In this document: positions 63,924 to 64,000 of the stretch, piece by piece
How positions within the stretch are numbered: the first letter of the stretch is position 1
Layout of the letters: each line of letters begins with the position of its first letter
From: a virus
Direction: 5' to 3' (one strand)
IMG/VR virus record: IMGVR_UViG_3300031552_000002
Span: 1-64,000 of that record
DNA: 64,000 nucleotides
The notes under the pieces: model-generated
Told to the model about the DNA's origin: nothing
The model's database searches: none
Seen by the model: the letters and a program-made list of their open reading frames with translations, nothing else
Program-made: the position numbers and the translations under genes

Positions 63924-64000
63924 CGGGTCCAGGGACCGACGCCAGACGTCGAAGGCCCCGGGGAGAGGCGGGGCGAGCTCGGACGCCAGCCACGCCAGGA

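Overview
High-GC actinobacterial tailed phage (siphovirus-type) segment, possibly a temperate phage or phage-plasmid. The right third (46.6-64 kb, minus strand) is a virion/lysis operon: MuF-like minor capsid, head-tail proteins, tail terminator fused to a DUF4082-like fibre, major tail protein, frameshifted tail chaperones, tape measure, Dit and minor tail proteins, NlpC/P60 endolysin and holin. Terminase large subunit, portal, major capsid and integrase are not recognisable in the window. 34.9-46.2 kb is a replication/recombination block (DnaB, WhiB, RecT, YqaJ, DnaQ-like exonuclease, wHTH initiator, Ntn protease). 17.8-26.4 kb looks like an actinomycete plasmid/AICE transfer module (wHTH initiator, Xis-like HTHs, FtsK/TraB-like translocase, Spd-like membrane proteins). 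The rest is accessory cassettes, many behind one repeated promoter (TTGACA-N14-TGA-CAGTAT, about 11 copies), with many paralogues, three pentapeptide-repeat proteins, a methyltransferase swap and a ParB-glycosyltransferase-TerS-like cluster. The two most novel signals are non-coding: (1) a covarying two-hairpin element, probably an antisense RNA, over the ribosome-binding site upstream of both initiator genes, each initiator also having palindromic iteron-like repeats; (2) three covarying ~57-nt tRNA-like elements lacking one arm, placed between consecutive genes at 13.9-15.3 kb. All product calls come from reading motifs by eye; no searches were run.
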